Assembly (NCBI GenBank): GCA_963733675.1
Contig: CAVTET010000003.1
Coordinates: forward strand, 128,001-192,000
Origin: an uncultured Methanosarcinaceae archaeon
GTDB lineage: Archaea > Halobacteriota > Methanosarcinia > Methanosarcinales > Methanosarcinaceae
Direction: 5' to 3'
Length of the DNA: 64,000 nucleotides
In this document: one piece after another, positions 1 to 12,435 of the stretch
How positions within the stretch are numbered: the first letter of the stretch is position 1
Layout of the letters: each line of letters opens with the position of its first letter
The notes under the pieces: generated by a model
Told to the model about the DNA's origin: nothing
Seen by the model: the letters and a program-made list of their open reading frames with translations, nothing else
Database searches by the model: none
Translations under genes and position numbers: made by a program

Positions 1-679
1 GCGATTTTATTTCTCTTTGTAAATAAAAATATTAATTTTTAGTATTCAACTAACAAAAATATTTTAATAATATACATTATTATTTTCAAATTTAGATTAA
101 ACTGCGTTCTAAATTCTAGCTGGAACAGATAATATACATAGTTTTGTGACAAAAACTGTCTTGAAGAATAAGTTTAGAACCTCGAATATCTTGTTAAACC
201 GTAAAATAAAACGATAGACATAGATATAATTAATGTGTTAAAATGGTTAAAGATTGTCTTAAAATTAAATTTAATTATCCACAAGACACGCAGAAATCGT
301 TTGAACTAATCAGGTTTTGTATACTTTCTCCGGATTGGTTGAAACTTTTTCTTTCATAAAATGTTCCATCTTGCTAGCTTCACTTTCACAAAGTTTTCTT
401 TTTTTTCGAAATATGTATCAAGTTCGTCTTCACTCTCTTTCATATAAAAACCCCGATTATCGTCTTTATGTAATTCACGAGTCTTCTATTTTATCTGTAG
501 ATAGGTAACAATACCCATTTTATAGCGTGTTAATGGCTAATAAATACAAAAAAGTGACCATCATGCATATTTTTGGAACAAAAATAAAATTAAGATAAAA
601 TTGAGATATTTTGTTCCGACATTTATGAATAATCAGTTTACCAAAAATTGATCCAATTTTTCGATAAATTCCTAAAAGT

Positions 680-1377
680 TTATTTTTGTTTTAGGGCTAT
701 TTCAGCGTTCTCCTTTACCAGCCTGCCTTCTGAAAAATTATATCTTACGATCTCACCGGTGGAAAACCTGACTTTTTCTATATTTTTGTCAGAAATATCT
801 TCTATGTATTTGACTAGACCTCTCAGGCTGCTATGATGAGCGCAGACTATCACATTTGTCCCTTTTTGAATTGCAGGCAGAACTTCTTTCTTGAAATAAG
901 GCACTGCACGCTCATAGACAACTTTTAGACTTTCTCCTTCAAGTAGACATGGCTCAAAGTCAAATTCCCAAGAAGTAAGCTTTTCGGTCCCGTATTTTTC
1001 TTCCATTTTCTGCTTTTTTTGCCCTGGAGCTTTCCATAGTAACGTTCGTTTAAAGCAGCTGTAAAGTATACTGGAATAAGACCTTTATTGAGTTTTTCGG
1101 GATAAGAATACCATTCAATTTCCCCTATCCTGCTGTCATAATTTGTCTTTTCATGGACAAGAATTCCTGTTTTTTTCTGCCCGGATAATATAACGAAAAG
1201 AGTTTCCTGTGCCCTAACAAGGTTTGAGACAAAAGCAAGATCCAATTCGATGTCTTCAAGTTTGACTGTGCAATCAAGAGCTTCTTCAATTCCTTTCCTG
1301 CTAAGCGGCACATCCATCCAGCCAACAAACCTATCACCAAGTTTCAAATCGGACTTCTCATCATAGAAGTATACCAA
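680..1377 (-). pseudogene. gpmA: 2,3-bisphosphoglycerate-dependent phosphoglycerate mutase, frameshifted
   Basis: dPGM motifs GWMDVPLS, LNERYYGKLQG and GESLK are split over two ORFs. One extra A in the A7 run near 1014-1020 would rejoin them. The N-terminal catalytic RHG motif is missing. Confidence 0.85.
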
Positions 1378-1440
1378 TAAATATTTTAGTTCAGTACTTC
1401 TTTAAAGGATTTATCGAAATCCTACATAGTCCCATTTTCT

Positions 1441-1950
1441 CTATAGATTATTGGAGATAGCTCCTAAAAGGTTGTGCTGATATTCTAGAAACTGTTGCTC
1501 TAATGATTTAAAAAGGAACGAAAACTCCTCTTTTAGTTGGATGAGAAATTCTTCATCTAATTTTGCATTATAAAGTGTTCTTACTTTAGACAGCTGGTCA
1601 ATTGATAAATTGAGCGCCCCTTTAAGATTAGCTCCCTCAAAGATAGCTTCTTCAAGGTTCGTTCCCTCAAGGTTTGCTCCTTGGAGATTAGCTTTTCTAA
1701 GGTTAGCCCCTTCAAGGTTTGCCCCTTGGAGATTAGCTCCTTTAAGATTAGCTTTTTCAAGTTTCGTCCCTATAAGGTTAGCCCCTGCAAGTATAGCCCA
1801 ATTAAGATCAGCTTCTTCCAGGTTAGTTTCTGTAAGATTAGTTTTTTCAAGGTTAATTCTTTTAAGATTAGCTCTAAAAAGGTTAATTTCTCCAAGATCA
1901 ATCATACAATAACCTCTTTCTGTTATCATGAAATCTCTTTCTGTTATCAT
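1441..1950 (-). CDS. pentapeptide-repeat protein
   Basis: Many A(N/D)LxG/E-type pentapeptide repeats (GANLEGANLRKANLQ). The start is uncertain because a 21-bp tandem duplication (MITERDF/MITERGY) lies at about 1914-1955. Confidence 0.8.
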   Translation of the reverse strand: MITERDFMITERGYCMIDLGEINLFRANLKRINLEKTNLTETNLEEADLNWAILAGANLIGTKLEKANLKGANLQGANLEGANLRKANLQGANLEGTNLEEAIFEGANLKGALNLSIDQLSKVRTLYNAKLDEEFLIQLKEEFSFLFKSLEQQFLEYQHNLLGAISNNL

Positions 1951-2769
1951 GAAATTCTGACTTTATTGATTTTTTAACATAAACTTGTAGAAATAATTTA
2001 AACTGTGTATGATAGATAGGTAGCCCGATAAATGCTACTTTATGAAGAGCTGCAAAAATCTCTAAGCTTTCGCTGGACATGATCACAACTTAAAATATTG
2101 GTAGCAAAAGTGAGTGTAGGTAATTTGTTAAAAATCAAAAATTTATTGAGATTCTCTACAATTATCCCATTACTCGTACAGCCGCTCTATGTACTCATAA
2201 ATCCTATTAATCTTCCAGCTCTTCTTCACTCTTTGACTCTTTATTTGTTCACTTCAAACGACAATGTACAATATGTTCTACATTATTTTAAATTAATTAT
2301 ACGAAAAATAGCTTTTGAACGAAAAATAATCCCGCATAAAAATTTTCACAATCAAAATAGAATAAAATATTAAGAATGATTTTTTTGTCATCTACGCTGG
2401 TTTTTTAGGCCAATTAGTTTCAGATGTTCCATGAGCTCCATGAGTTAGAGATCAACGATGTTTTCTTATTACTGATGGCATTTAGGAAATTCATAGATTT
2501 TGTTACAAAAACTATACGTAAAGAATGCTATCATCAAAATTCTGCTTTTAAGATATAAATAAATGAATACTTAAATAAACCTTTTATTTTCATGAGTCAT
2601 ACATATAACATTTGTAACTCATGGACATGACAGAGAATCTGTGGAGTTTTAAATATGGAAAATTGAATAAATGGAAGAATCTAGTTGAATAAAGAACATC
2701 TACCGTATTTCGCTGCAATTCTTATCATACTTCCAATGTTCTCATTGGTCGTTATAGCAGCGTTCCAAG

Positions 2770-3125
2770 CTATAAAGTATTTATTCTTGATGTTCGTACT
2801 CCTACAGAATACAACTACACACATATTGAAGGAGCAAAATTGATACCATTAAAAAATGTACCGTTGCATGATCCTATTAATTAATCCAATAAAGAGCTGT
2901 TGGCGTAGCATATCAAAATAATAAAGATTTGCCAAATAACGAATGTACAAAAATACTTGTCTATTGCTTGAGTGGGAAAAGAGGTGTCTTTGCAAGCCAA
3001 ATGCTTGTAGATTCTGGCTATAAGAAAATCTATAACATACACGGTGGTATCACAGCATGGGTAAATGCAGGGTATCCAGTTGTAGTTAACCCTAATTTTT
3101 AGACAGTTAATTACCCTAAGGTAAT
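2770..3125 (+). pseudogene. rhodanese-like domain protein, disrupted
   Basis: Hand translation gives FILDVRTP, HIEGAKLIP, VYCLSGKRG and NIHGGITAWVNAGYPV, with internal stops. Confidence 0.8.
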
Positions 3126-4149
3126 GAACAACGCAGCGATATTAGTTTCATTATAATTTTAGGGATAAATTTATGGCAATCCATTTAATTAATTTGTTGA
3201 ACTGGTTCCAAAACGAATTAAGCAGTGTACTGAAAGTTCTGTAAAAATGATTATTCTCCATTTTTTTCTTTCAGTAAAAAAACAGGATTTCAAGCTTCCT
3301 TGATCCATAGGTTTTGACACATAAACTATGTGTAATGAAGTGATTCACATTCAAACATTGATCCAAGAGAACAGAAGGTTAAAACATTTAGATATTTCCT
3401 GAAATTCTAAAGATAAAGAAGCTCTTGTGGGAGTTCCGGTAATTAATATAAAAATTTTCCATATTTTTATGCACTTGTTCAACTATCAAAATATTAAAAA
3501 TATATACTTTTTTTCTCTTCATCATCAATTCGATAGAAAAATTTGATTTGGGGTACTAAAATGGATCAAAAAACCACTGAAAATAACATTAAGCGGTATA
3601 CTCCGTTGGATATTTGGATTATTCTTTATAATAATTGCTTCAGAGATGGTTACAGAACACGGATAATTTTCAGCAGTATTCATATTTATGGCAGCTTTTG
3701 TATCCTTTCCCCGATTTCAAACTTGCTAAATCCGAGTTGAATATTTCAATATCTGGCTCAGTGAAATTTTTGTTGGCCATAACCCTTTTAGTAGGATCGG
3801 TTGCTTTAGAACCTAATCATTCATCTTCGAAGTTTTATGATGCTCATACTTCTTCAGGATTTCATAGCACAACTCAGGATGACAATGCTAGTTATTGGGA
3901 TCGGAAATTGTATGCGACATCTCAAATTGAAGGTACTAAACTCCCAACGGAATAGAAAGAATAGAGTTTCCAGCTTGCATCTAAAAAATAATGGTTATCA
4001 AAAGATACCAACAAGTCAGACCTAAACGCCAAAAATAATGTCTACAAGAAGTAATAACATATAGGCTTAGGCACGACTTAATTGACTGAAGACACATGGA
4101 TGATTATTGAATTTACATACAGCAATTTGATCTGTGCTATTATTATCAA

Positions 4150-4713
4150 TTATGGCTCGCAATTGTTACCTGCCTGGTTTACACAGGAAGGAATCCATAT
4201 CCCACTATCAGTTAGCAAAATATCGGAAGTTCCAATAAAAATGGAATCATGCATTTTCACACCGTTTATGGTCTGCTGGGGCGCATCGTCTATTGTCACT
4301 TCACTATCAGCTGTATGGATTTTCTTGCCTTCTGCATAAAAAATTCCATTAACTGTAACATATCTATCTTCTGTAATTCTAACATTGAAAATAACAGTAC
4401 CATCATTTTTTCTTGTCAATGTAAGACCATTTTCTTTCTCGATTTTTCCGTGTACATCAAATTTCTGATCAACTTGAATTAACTCATTATCGTTGATTTT
4501 TGCGATGAGATCTGAATTTTCATCTCGGATTTCGGTTGTCAAAATTAAACTGTTGCTGCAATTTTTTAAAGTAACCAAGTGTATCTTGTCTCCAGTATTC
4601 TTATTTGCCTGATATGACAATGTTTATACTGGATCTGCGTAAACGTTTGATCCAAGAATTAGCATATATTCATCGTTAGTCACTTGATTTTCACCTGTGA
4701 GTTTTTATTGCAT
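4150..4713 (-). pseudogene. hypothetical protein with in-frame stops in its 5' part
   Basis: ORF 4150-4620 continues upstream in frame (DEYMLILGSNVYADPV*TLSYQ) through a TAA. Confidence 0.5.
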
Positions 4714-5491
4714 TATTTACGATATAATTATAAAAATTATTTTGTAATCAATATTTGTTGCTAAAAATTGAAGACTTTTTTTATATATCCTGGTACTACC
4801 AAAATTTGCTGTTAGTTTAGAGAAACTAAACAACGAAACAGATGACACATCTAACAAACTTCAAAATGAAGATTAAATCATAAGTCGAAGTGCCAGAAGT
4901 GCCTATTTTTATAAGGTATTATATTATAATAGCTGAAAATATTTGCATTTAGTATCCTAGGAAGATTAGTCAAAAATTTCGTTTTTTGATTGTCTTTTTG
5001 AAGAGTTACTGATCTGTACAATAACCGGAGAAGAAAAAATAGCTACAATGCCACTGATGTTTATAACAGAAAGGACTGGGGGTAAAAGAGTCCTTTTCAT
5101 GAGTTATTGAAAAATATAAACACATATTTGTTCTAAATTCTTCCAAATATGGAGATTAGAATCATTTTTAAGATTTGATCTATGAATCAAGATGCGACAG
5201 GATATTTAAAATAGTTTATTTTAGATATATAATCTCTACAATGATCTGTATCAGAATTTTAAGATTAATAAACTTATATAAAATGTGTCTGAATCGCATT
5301 TTACGTAAAAACACAATGTTAAATTTTGAAAATTTCAAAAAATAATAAATTTAAGGCTTAAAAAAATTAATAGTTTGGAAATTTGCAGCTTTCACCCCTA
5401 ATTATTAAAATGGTAGACCAAAATGAAAGAAAGTAAAATTTGGGGTACTGATAAAAATAAAAAAAACTGAAGATGAAGAAAAACTGCCTTC

Positions 5492-6394
5492 TTACAATGA
5501 AAGCAACTTTGTTTCATTGTTCAGGCTTGCAAAATCAGAGCTTATCTTCAGTTTAATAATGTTTCCTGAGTTAATTACATCATAGGTTACTCCGCGTTCG
5601 CTCGAGCTTGCCTTGAGAGCTGCTATATTTTTGGTTACCTTGGGCTCAGAATTGAGGAACATGAGCGTCTGCATATAACTGCCATTATCCAATTTTTTGA
5701 GATCCATATAATACTGTTCGGCAGGGATATTCGTAACATTGTTTTTTGTTACTACTTCCTCGATGATCACATTCACAGGTTCCGCCTGGCTCAAAATCTG
5801 GTCATATTCGCTGGTAGATGTTTTGTTTTTCTCCATTATATCTATTACGTCTTTAACGCTCTGGCGAGAGCCACTAATCACAGGGTTTCCGACTACAGTC
5901 AATAGATTGTAGGCGTTGTTTGTCTTCAGAAGAAGATTGTATCCATGATATGGAATTGAACCCCAGGGCATCAGAATCTTCTGCTCTGGAATTTGGTTTA
6001 ATTCGAACCCAGTTCCGTTAGCGTAATTTGCACGGTAGCATCTTGTAACATCTACACCATAAAAGTCTTTCAGATCTTTACTTTTAAAAAGAGTCTCTAA
6101 AGGGGTTCCTTTTGATTTTTGGAGGTCAATATAAATTGCACTCATTATCCCTTCAGGAGACATGTTCAACCCATCAACAATAGAATTAAATTTATGATTT
6201 ATATGTTTGCCGGGGATTTGAGAAAAGGGGATTGTAGAGCTATTATCTTCAACTGCTTTAGTGGAAAAATCATTGTTGCTACCTGTTTTTAAGCTGTTAC
6301 CAAAAAATATAACAAAGGCTGAGAAAACCATAATAACAACCAAGAGAATAGCCAGGTATTTCTTATTTTTTGCTGCTGGTCCATTTCTTTTCAT
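5492..6394 (-). CDS. hypothetical protein with N-terminal signal/membrane anchor
   Basis: 300-aa ORF, basic N-terminus followed by hydrophobic stretch LAILLVVIMVFSAFVIFF. Confidence 0.75.
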   Translation of the reverse strand: MKRNGPAAKNKKYLAILLVVIMVFSAFVIFFGNSLKTGSNNDFSTKAVEDNSSTIPFSQIPGKHINHKFNSIVDGLNMSPEGIMSAIYIDLQKSKGTPLETLFKSKDLKDFYGVDVTRCYRANYANGTGFELNQIPEQKILMPWGSIPYHGYNLLLKTNNAYNLLTVVGNPVISGSRQSVKDVIDIMEKNKTSTSEYDQILSQAEPVNVIIEEVVTKNNVTNIPAEQYYMDLKKLDNGSYMQTLMFLNSEPKVTKNIAALKASSSERGVTYDVINSGNIIKLKISSDFASLNNETKLLSL

Positions 6395-6570
6395 TAATGA
6401 AACCTCATAACATAAGATGGATTTTTTTAACAGTAGGAAACACGCTTTTTATATATACATATGTGGCAAAGGAAGATTTTCTATCATTTTCATCGATCAG
6501 AAACAAATATCAAACAAAAAAATGCTTTTAAACTGGAATTTATGGTATTTAAGTTAGGCTGCTTTTGAGT

Positions 6571-8004
6571 TTAGTCAAGAGAAAGGATCTTAAGCATGTT
6601 AGTGCCTCCGGGTTTTCCTGAAGAAGGACCCTGGGTAAAAACTACAATATCACCACTATTTGCAAATCCCAGTTCTTTAGCTCTTTTAGTGGTTTCTACT
6701 TCCCAGTTTTCAATTACTTTCTTAACAAAAACCGGATAAACGCCATAAGATAAGGAAAGAAAACCGCAAGTTCCTGGAAAACGACTGAATGCGAGGATCC
6801 AGATTTCAGGCTTGAAGCGTGAAATCCTACGAGGAGTTGCTCCGCTTCTAGTAGGGGACAAAATGACTTCAACAGGCAGTTTCTGCAGAGCCTCATGAAC
6901 CTGGAGCGTTATTACCTCATCCACTGACATTTCCCTGGCTGTAATACCCTTGATCATTGTATCAAGACCCCATTTTGTCCGACAGCGCCAGTTTTCAGTG
7001 GTTTCTGCAATTTTTACCATCATATCAACTGCTTCTACAGGATAGTTGCCAACAGCTGTTTCTTCCGAAAGCATGACCGAATCTGTCCCATCAAGGATTG
7101 CATTGGCGACATCTGTCACCTCTGCTCGGGTAGGTCTCACGTTATCACTCATTGAAGCCAGCATTTGAGTGGCTGTAATTACAGGAATTCCAAGAAGTTT
7201 AGCACTCTGGATAAGTTCTTTCTGGACTGAGGGGATTTCCTGGATGGGAATTTCAACGCCCAAATCTCCTCTGGCAATCATAAGGGCATCGGTTTCCATA
7301 AGAATTTCCTCAATATTATCTACAGCTCGTCTGCGCTCTACTTTAGCGACAATATATACAGATTTTCCTCTTTCCGCTGCAAAACTTCGAACTTTCTTGA
7401 TATCTCCGGCATCTTCTATAAAGGAAATACTAAAAGTGTCAATTTCTTCATTCAAGCCGAACTCAAGAATTTTTAAATCTTTTTCCGTCACAGGATCAAG
7501 GAAAATCTTTGCTCCTGGAAGATTCAGCCCTTTATGAGAATAAAGCTTCCCTCCAATGAGGATCTCGCAAAGAACGTCTTTCCCCGAGATTTCAAGACAA
7601 AGAAGCTGGATAAATCCATCACTTAAGTAAATAAGATTTCCAGGAGCTACACTTTCCGGAAGTTGCTTATAGCTTACAGGGATACGTTCCGAATTTACAG
7701 AAGACTCGTCAACTGTAAGGGTCACAAAGTTTCCTTTATGAAGCATAAGCGGTTCTTTCTCCAGTTTGCCTATACGAATCTTTGGGCCTGGTAGATCGGC
7801 AAGAATTGCAACTATTCTGTCAAGATCTTTGGCGACTTTGCGGACTCTCTGGATTACCTCTTTATGACTTTCGAAATCCCCATGAGAAAAGTTGATCCTT
7901 GCCACATTCATGCCTGCAAGCACAAGTTCCCTGATTAGTTTCTCGGAAGACGAAGCTGGACCTATTGTGCAAACTATCTTTGTCTTATGATTTGGAATCT
8001 GCAT
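6571..8004 (-). CDS. pyk: pyruvate kinase
   Basis: KTKIVCTIGPAS, ARINFSHG, MIARGDLGVE, ATQMLASM, PTRAEVTDVANA. Start at MQIPN is inferred. Confidence 0.97.
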   Translation of the reverse strand: MQIPNHKTKIVCTIGPASSSEKLIRELVLAGMNVARINFSHGDFESHKEVIQRVRKVAKDLDRIVAILADLPGPKIRIGKLEKEPLMLHKGNFVTLTVDESSVNSERIPVSYKQLPESVAPGNLIYLSDGFIQLLCLEISGKDVLCEILIGGKLYSHKGLNLPGAKIFLDPVTEKDLKILEFGLNEEIDTFSISFIEDAGDIKKVRSFAAERGKSVYIVAKVERRRAVDNIEEILMETDALMIARGDLGVEIPIQEIPSVQKELIQSAKLLGIPVITATQMLASMSDNVRPTRAEVTDVANAILDGTDSVMLSEETAVGNYPVEAVDMMVKIAETTENWRCRTKWGLDTMIKGITAREMSVDEVITLQVHEALQKLPVEVILSPTRSGATPRRISRFKPEIWILAFSRFPGTCGFLSLSYGVYPVFVKKVIENWEVETTKRAKELGFANSGDIVVFTQGPSSGKPGGTNMLKILSLD

Positions 8005-8162
8005 ATTGATACGGCCTTTAGTATTCAACCTTTAATCTATGACATTTTTGAAGTTCTAAATTATAATTTCCTTCTTAATAAGGACTCCGGAAATAGGCAT
8101 CTTCTAGTTAGTAAATATCACTATCAGTTTACAGATTTTTGCCATATATTTTGCAGCCTCTC

Positions 8163-9086
8163 TTATTTCCCTTTATAGATCTTAAGGGCCTCTGCGAAGC
8201 TTGTGTCTTCAACGGTTATGGCATAGACAGCATTACACATGCGTACAGCTTCGTCAAGAGTTTTTTGGTGAATATTTCTTCCGGTTGCGTTTCCCATAGC
8301 TCCAGATATATGTATTTGATCATGAAGCTTTCTCAGGAAAGTCTCAGGTTCATCACTGGTACCACCCGCACAAATGACTTTGGTACATCCAGCTGCCATG
8401 ATAGCTTCCTTGAAAATTTCGGCAGATTGTTCTCCTTTATTTGTTGGGTAATTGACTTTTACAAAGTCTGTTCCAAGACAAGCTCCTACTCCTGTTGCCC
8501 CTGAGATCAGGTGCGGATCTTTTTCATCTTTTACGGCAGTACCGCGCGGATAGATCCAGAGTACTGAGACCATTCCGTGTTTGTGGGCATCGTAAATTAT
8601 CTGGGCAGCCTGGGCAAACATTTCGGCTTCGAACTCACTGCCAAGGTAAATGGTATAACCTATGCCAAGGATATTGAGCTCACTGTTTTCCTGAAACTCA
8701 ACCACTTGATCTACATCGTACCAGAGATTGCTAAAAGGATCTGCCTGGGAAGTCTCTACAAGATTAGTCTTTGAATTTACTTTCACAAGATATGGCACGT
8801 CTTTGTAATCCATACCATAACGTGCAATTAGCCCAAGCTGAGCTGCAAAAACTCCTATTTTTGCCTGGGATGCTATCTTAAAGAGGTGTTCTGGATCAGC
8901 ATCATCTTCAGGCACTCCTTCTCCATAAAAGTCATCGTTTAGATGTTCTACTTTCTGGTCTCCGGCAAAAAGCATGAGTCTTCCACTGCTCCTTGTAATC
9001 TCCATATAATTTTTAATATATGTTTCGCGCATTGATTTTGGGATATCTAAAGGTACGATGACATCCTTTTTATTAATTGGAATCAT
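8163..9086 (-). CDS. class I fructose-bisphosphate aldolase (DhnA/FbaB family)
   Basis: AGDQKVEH, LWIYPRG, DFVKVNYP (Schiff-base Lys), GNATGRNIHQ. Co-oriented with pyk. Confidence 0.9.
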   Translation of the reverse strand: MIPINKKDVIVPLDIPKSMRETYIKNYMEITRSSGRLMLFAGDQKVEHLNDDFYGEGVPEDDADPEHLFKIASQAKIGVFAAQLGLIARYGMDYKDVPYLVKVNSKTNLVETSQADPFSNLWYDVDQVVEFQENSELNILGIGYTIYLGSEFEAEMFAQAAQIIYDAHKHGMVSVLWIYPRGTAVKDEKDPHLISGATGVGACLGTDFVKVNYPTNKGEQSAEIFKEAIMAAGCTKVICAGGTSDEPETFLRKLHDQIHISGAMGNATGRNIHQKTLDEAVRMCNAVYAITVEDTSFAEALKIYKGK

Positions 9087-9195
9087 ATGTATAAACCTCA
9101 ATTTTATTCAATTGCAGTTAATTGGATAGTAGAAATAATTTGGAATCTTATTTATCTATTACCTATATATCTTTTTTACATTTATTAATCCTTTA

Positions 9196-9251
9196 GGTTC
9201 CGTTGCAAAAAATTTGACTTTTTTACAAAATCAGTGAAAACCATCACAAAT
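9196..9251. mobile_element. truncated IS6-type MITE end
   Basis: Starts GGTTCCGTTGCAAAAAA and matches the first ~55 bp of the element at 50139. Confidence 0.75.
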
Positions 9252-9531
9252 TCATATTTCTGCAGAGAAAAAAACTAATGAGTGGTTAGTTTCAGTTCAG
9301 GACAACGGAATTCGGATCGAATCACAAAAGTTTAAAAGAATTTTTGAATTTTTTAAAAGACTGCATAAAAGGGAAGAATATCCTGGAACAGGAATGAGAC
9401 TTGCGGTTTGTAAGAAAATTATAGAAAAACAGGGTGGAAGTATATGGGTAGAATCTGAATTGGGTAAAGGTTCAACTTTTTATTTCATTTTACCAATCAA
9501 TCCCGCAGAAGTTCAAAAATCAAATTTTTAA
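9250..9531 (+). pseudogene. histidine kinase HATPase C-terminal fragment
   Basis: Hand translation VSVQDNG.., RLHKREEYPGTG, GGSIWVESELGKGSTFYF. The 5' part is replaced by an IS6-type end. Confidence 0.85.
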
Positions 9532-10105
9532 AGAAACTAATTTGAAAGTATCATTGAACCGGATGGAGCTTATCTTACTTCCAGATGACATGAAACTGCA
9601 AATTCATCCATCCCAATTCCGAGAGCTAGAAAGAAATTAATTAGAGATGAAATTAATTAGTAAACCACTTTCTTTTTGTATTTGAGATTTCAGCGAATTC
9701 ATACCGAGTTAAATTATAAGAGCGTAGATCTTTTAGGGGTTCAGATTATTTAAGTCAAAAATGAATGATTATTAAGCTGTTAAAGGCATTTTCTTAGTCG
9801 GATAGCGTTGATTTCCTCAGAAGCAATCAAAAAAACCTATATAAGGGGCTGAAATTAAGTCATTTTTTAGATCAAACGGACAAAGGATTAGCAATATATC
9901 ACCTAAGCTAATAAAATGAAGTAAAAGAAATCTTGTCTTAGAATTCAGTATATAATCTGTCAATATTATATATTTCGGGTCATAAAAAATTCCAAACAAA
10001 ATCAAATAACTGGTTTTGACCTTTAAAATTAAGAAGGGCCTAAAGAAAGTTTAAGAATCCTTTGCAAGCCATATTTGCGCCCTATTCAACTACAACAAGC
10101 AATTT

Positions 10106-10897
10106 TTACAAGCAAAGTACATCATCCATGGAATAAATTCCGGGTTTTTGTTCGCATATCCATTCTGCTGCACGGACTGCCCCTTTGGCAAAAATCTGAG
10201 GGGAGTGAGCAATGTGCCGGATTTCGATTCTTTCTGAGTTACCTGCAAAAAGGACTGTGTGATCTCCTGTAATATCTCCAGCTCGGACAGCATGAATGCC
10301 TATTTCCTTGCCACGAGGGGCGATTCCTTCCCTTCCATAGATATACTCTTTTCCACCAACAGCCTCACTGATCACATCGGCTGCCCGAAGTGCGGTCCCG
10401 CTTGGAGAATCTTTTTTCTGGTTATGATGAGTTTCTATAATCTCGATATCATAGTCTGCGAGATACGTTGCAGCTTCCCTAATTATCTTAAAAAAGACAT
10501 TAACACCTATGGAATAATTGGGAGAAATAATCGCACGTACCTGATTTTCCTTGATAAATTTGTCAATAACTGCTCGCTGTTCCGGGGTCAGGCCTGTAGT
10601 TCCTATTATAAGGTTTACTCCACATCTAGCAGCTATCGGAGCGTTTACTGCAGTTGCCATTGCTGCCGTAAAGTCGATAAGGACATCAACATGGTTCTTT
10701 TTCAAAACAGCTTCAAGATCTCTTACGTCCGATATCTGGATTCCCAGATTACCCACACGAGCAAATTCCCCTACATCCTTTCCAAAATTACTTATGTCAA
10801 AGGCGGCAGCGAGCCGAATATCTGGAAAGCAGATAATCGTTTCTACAATTAAGGAGCCCATTCTTCCACAGGCTCCGAGTACTGCTGCGTTGATCAT
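10106..10897 (-). CDS. dapB: 4-hydroxy-tetrahydrodipicolinate reductase
   Basis: GACGRMG, IDFT, IGTTG, ETHHNQKKDSPSGTA. Overlaps the dapA stop. Confidence 0.97.
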   Translation of the reverse strand: MINAAVLGACGRMGSLIVETIICFPDIRLAAAFDISNFGKDVGEFARVGNLGIQISDVRDLEAVLKKNHVDVLIDFTAAMATAVNAPIAARCGVNLIIGTTGLTPEQRAVIDKFIKENQVRAIISPNYSIGVNVFFKIIREAATYLADYDIEIIETHHNQKKDSPSGTALRAADVISEAVGGKEYIYGREGIAPRGKEIGIHAVRAGDITGDHTVLFAGNSERIEIRHIAHSPQIFAKGAVRAAEWICEQKPGIYSMDDVLCL

Positions 10898-11769
10898 TCC
10901 ATAATCTCCAATTTTCGAAGTTCATCCACAAGCTTTATGGTATTTGCCTCGCTAAGGGGTGCGAGTGGGAGCCTCACATGCCCACTCGCAAGTCCCATAA
11001 GTTCGGCAGCCTTTTTGACCGGGATAGGGTTTGTTTCCAGAAAAAGAGCACGAATCAGAGGGGCAATCTCAAAATGAATTTTCCTTGCAGTTTCGTAGTC
11101 TCCAGCAAGAGCTGCATTTACCATTATGGACATTCTGTCAGGAACTATATTTGCAGCAACAGAGATTACTCCTCTGCCTCCTAAAGAAAGAATAGGAAGA
11201 GTCAACCCATCATCACCTGATAAAATAACGAAATTTTCATCTACAGTAAATTCCAGGATCTGAGAAACTTTGCCGACGTTTCCACTGGCTTCCTTAATCC
11301 CAACAACATTTTCTATCTTTGCAAGTTCGGCAATTACTTCTACTGGCACATCTTGCCCTGTCCTAGAGGGAACATTATATAGGATTATAGGTATGTCTAC
11401 TGCCTCTGCGATTTTCTTAAAATGTGCCAGCAGTCCTGCAGAATTTGGTTTGTTGTAGTAAGGAGAAATCAGAAGTACTGCATCAACACCCGCATCTTCA
11501 GCGTGTTTTGTAAACTGTAGGGCTTCTCCTGTATTATTTGAGCCGGTTCCTGCAATTACAGGAACATTCGAACATTCCACTGCGATATCGATCACTTCTT
11601 CGTGTTCGAGTGCAGAAAGTGTTGCCGATTCTCCAGTTGTACCACAAGGTACAATCCCTGCAACTCCTCTCTCTTCAATAAATGCAATGTTCCTCTGTAA
11701 GCCTTCCCTGTCAATCCTATCGCTCCTTGTGAAAGGAGTGATCAGAGCGGACATTGCTCCTTCAAACAT
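10894..11769 (-). CDS. dapA: 4-hydroxy-tetrahydrodipicolinate synthase
   Basis: CGTTGESATL, SPYYNKP, YNVPSRTG, GIKEASG, ETNPIPVK. Confidence 0.97.
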   Translation of the reverse strand: MFEGAMSALITPFTRSDRIDREGLQRNIAFIEERGVAGIVPCGTTGESATLSALEHEEVIDIAVECSNVPVIAGTGSNNTGEALQFTKHAEDAGVDAVLLISPYYNKPNSAGLLAHFKKIAEAVDIPIILYNVPSRTGQDVPVEVIAELAKIENVVGIKEASGNVGKVSQILEFTVDENFVILSGDDGLTLPILSLGGRGVISVAANIVPDRMSIMVNAALAGDYETARKIHFEIAPLIRALFLETNPIPVKKAAELMGLASGHVRLPLAPLSEANTIKLVDELRKLEIME

Positions 11770-11805
11770 GTTAGAAATCCTCCTGTATCCAAAATAAACA
11801 TCTTT

Positions 11806-12000
11806 TCAGTATATTTTCATGCGTGCTACTTTTCTAGTAACATAACCTGCAACTCTATTCCTTATAACCTTGCTTTCAATAGTTGTATACTTTGTCACAA
11901 GACTTTTGTTGGTTTCAAAATCCTTTGTAAGAACATCTCCATAATTTTCTATCAGTCTAAACGCGATCCTTTTTATGTTAGTCTGTCTTATATTTCCCAT
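11806..12000 (-). CDS. rps17e: 30S ribosomal protein S17e
   Basis: [31 protein letters not shown]. Typical archaeal position upstream of dapA. Confidence 0.95.
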   Translation of the reverse strand: MGNIRQTNIKRIAFRLIENYGDVLTKDFETNKSLVTKYTTIESKVIRNRVAGYVTRKVARMKIY

Positions 12001-12435
12001 ATTATTTCCTCTTACTATTTTTCTTTTTTTTATTTCAGTTATTTAAGTTTACTTCTGTTTTGTCTTACCGTATTTTTCTGAAAATTCCACTTAATGTGAA
12101 GCTGGAAGCAGAAATCAGTCCTTTGATACCTTTTTATTCTTTTAAATTGATAAACATAATGAAAACTTGATAAAAAATTCAATTGATGATGATTTTGTCG
12201 ATTAATAGTTACTTGAGCTTTATAAGTTTTGGGGTCATAAGCAAGGATAAGTTTTTAGGTATATAATTCCTTGTTGCAATTATTTAAGTAGAGTCCAATA
12301 GGCAGTTGACAATTTTTCTTCACTTTTTTGCATCATTGATGAAGTCATTTTCGGTACATTTGCATTACATATTGTTTGAATGTATCAATTGCTTTAAATG
12401 TCTTTATATGCAATAATGGGTTACAAATGTACTAA

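Noticed and set aside
1600-1900. 15-nt periodic repeats and the plus-strand ORFs 1610-1912 and 1681-1977
   Set aside because: Fully explained by the pentapeptide-repeat CDS on the minus strand. The ORFs are shadows.
10259-10852. Long antisense ORFs (this one, 23406-23993, 24751-25296, 54122-54574)
   Set aside because: They lie opposite well-supported genes and show no motifs.
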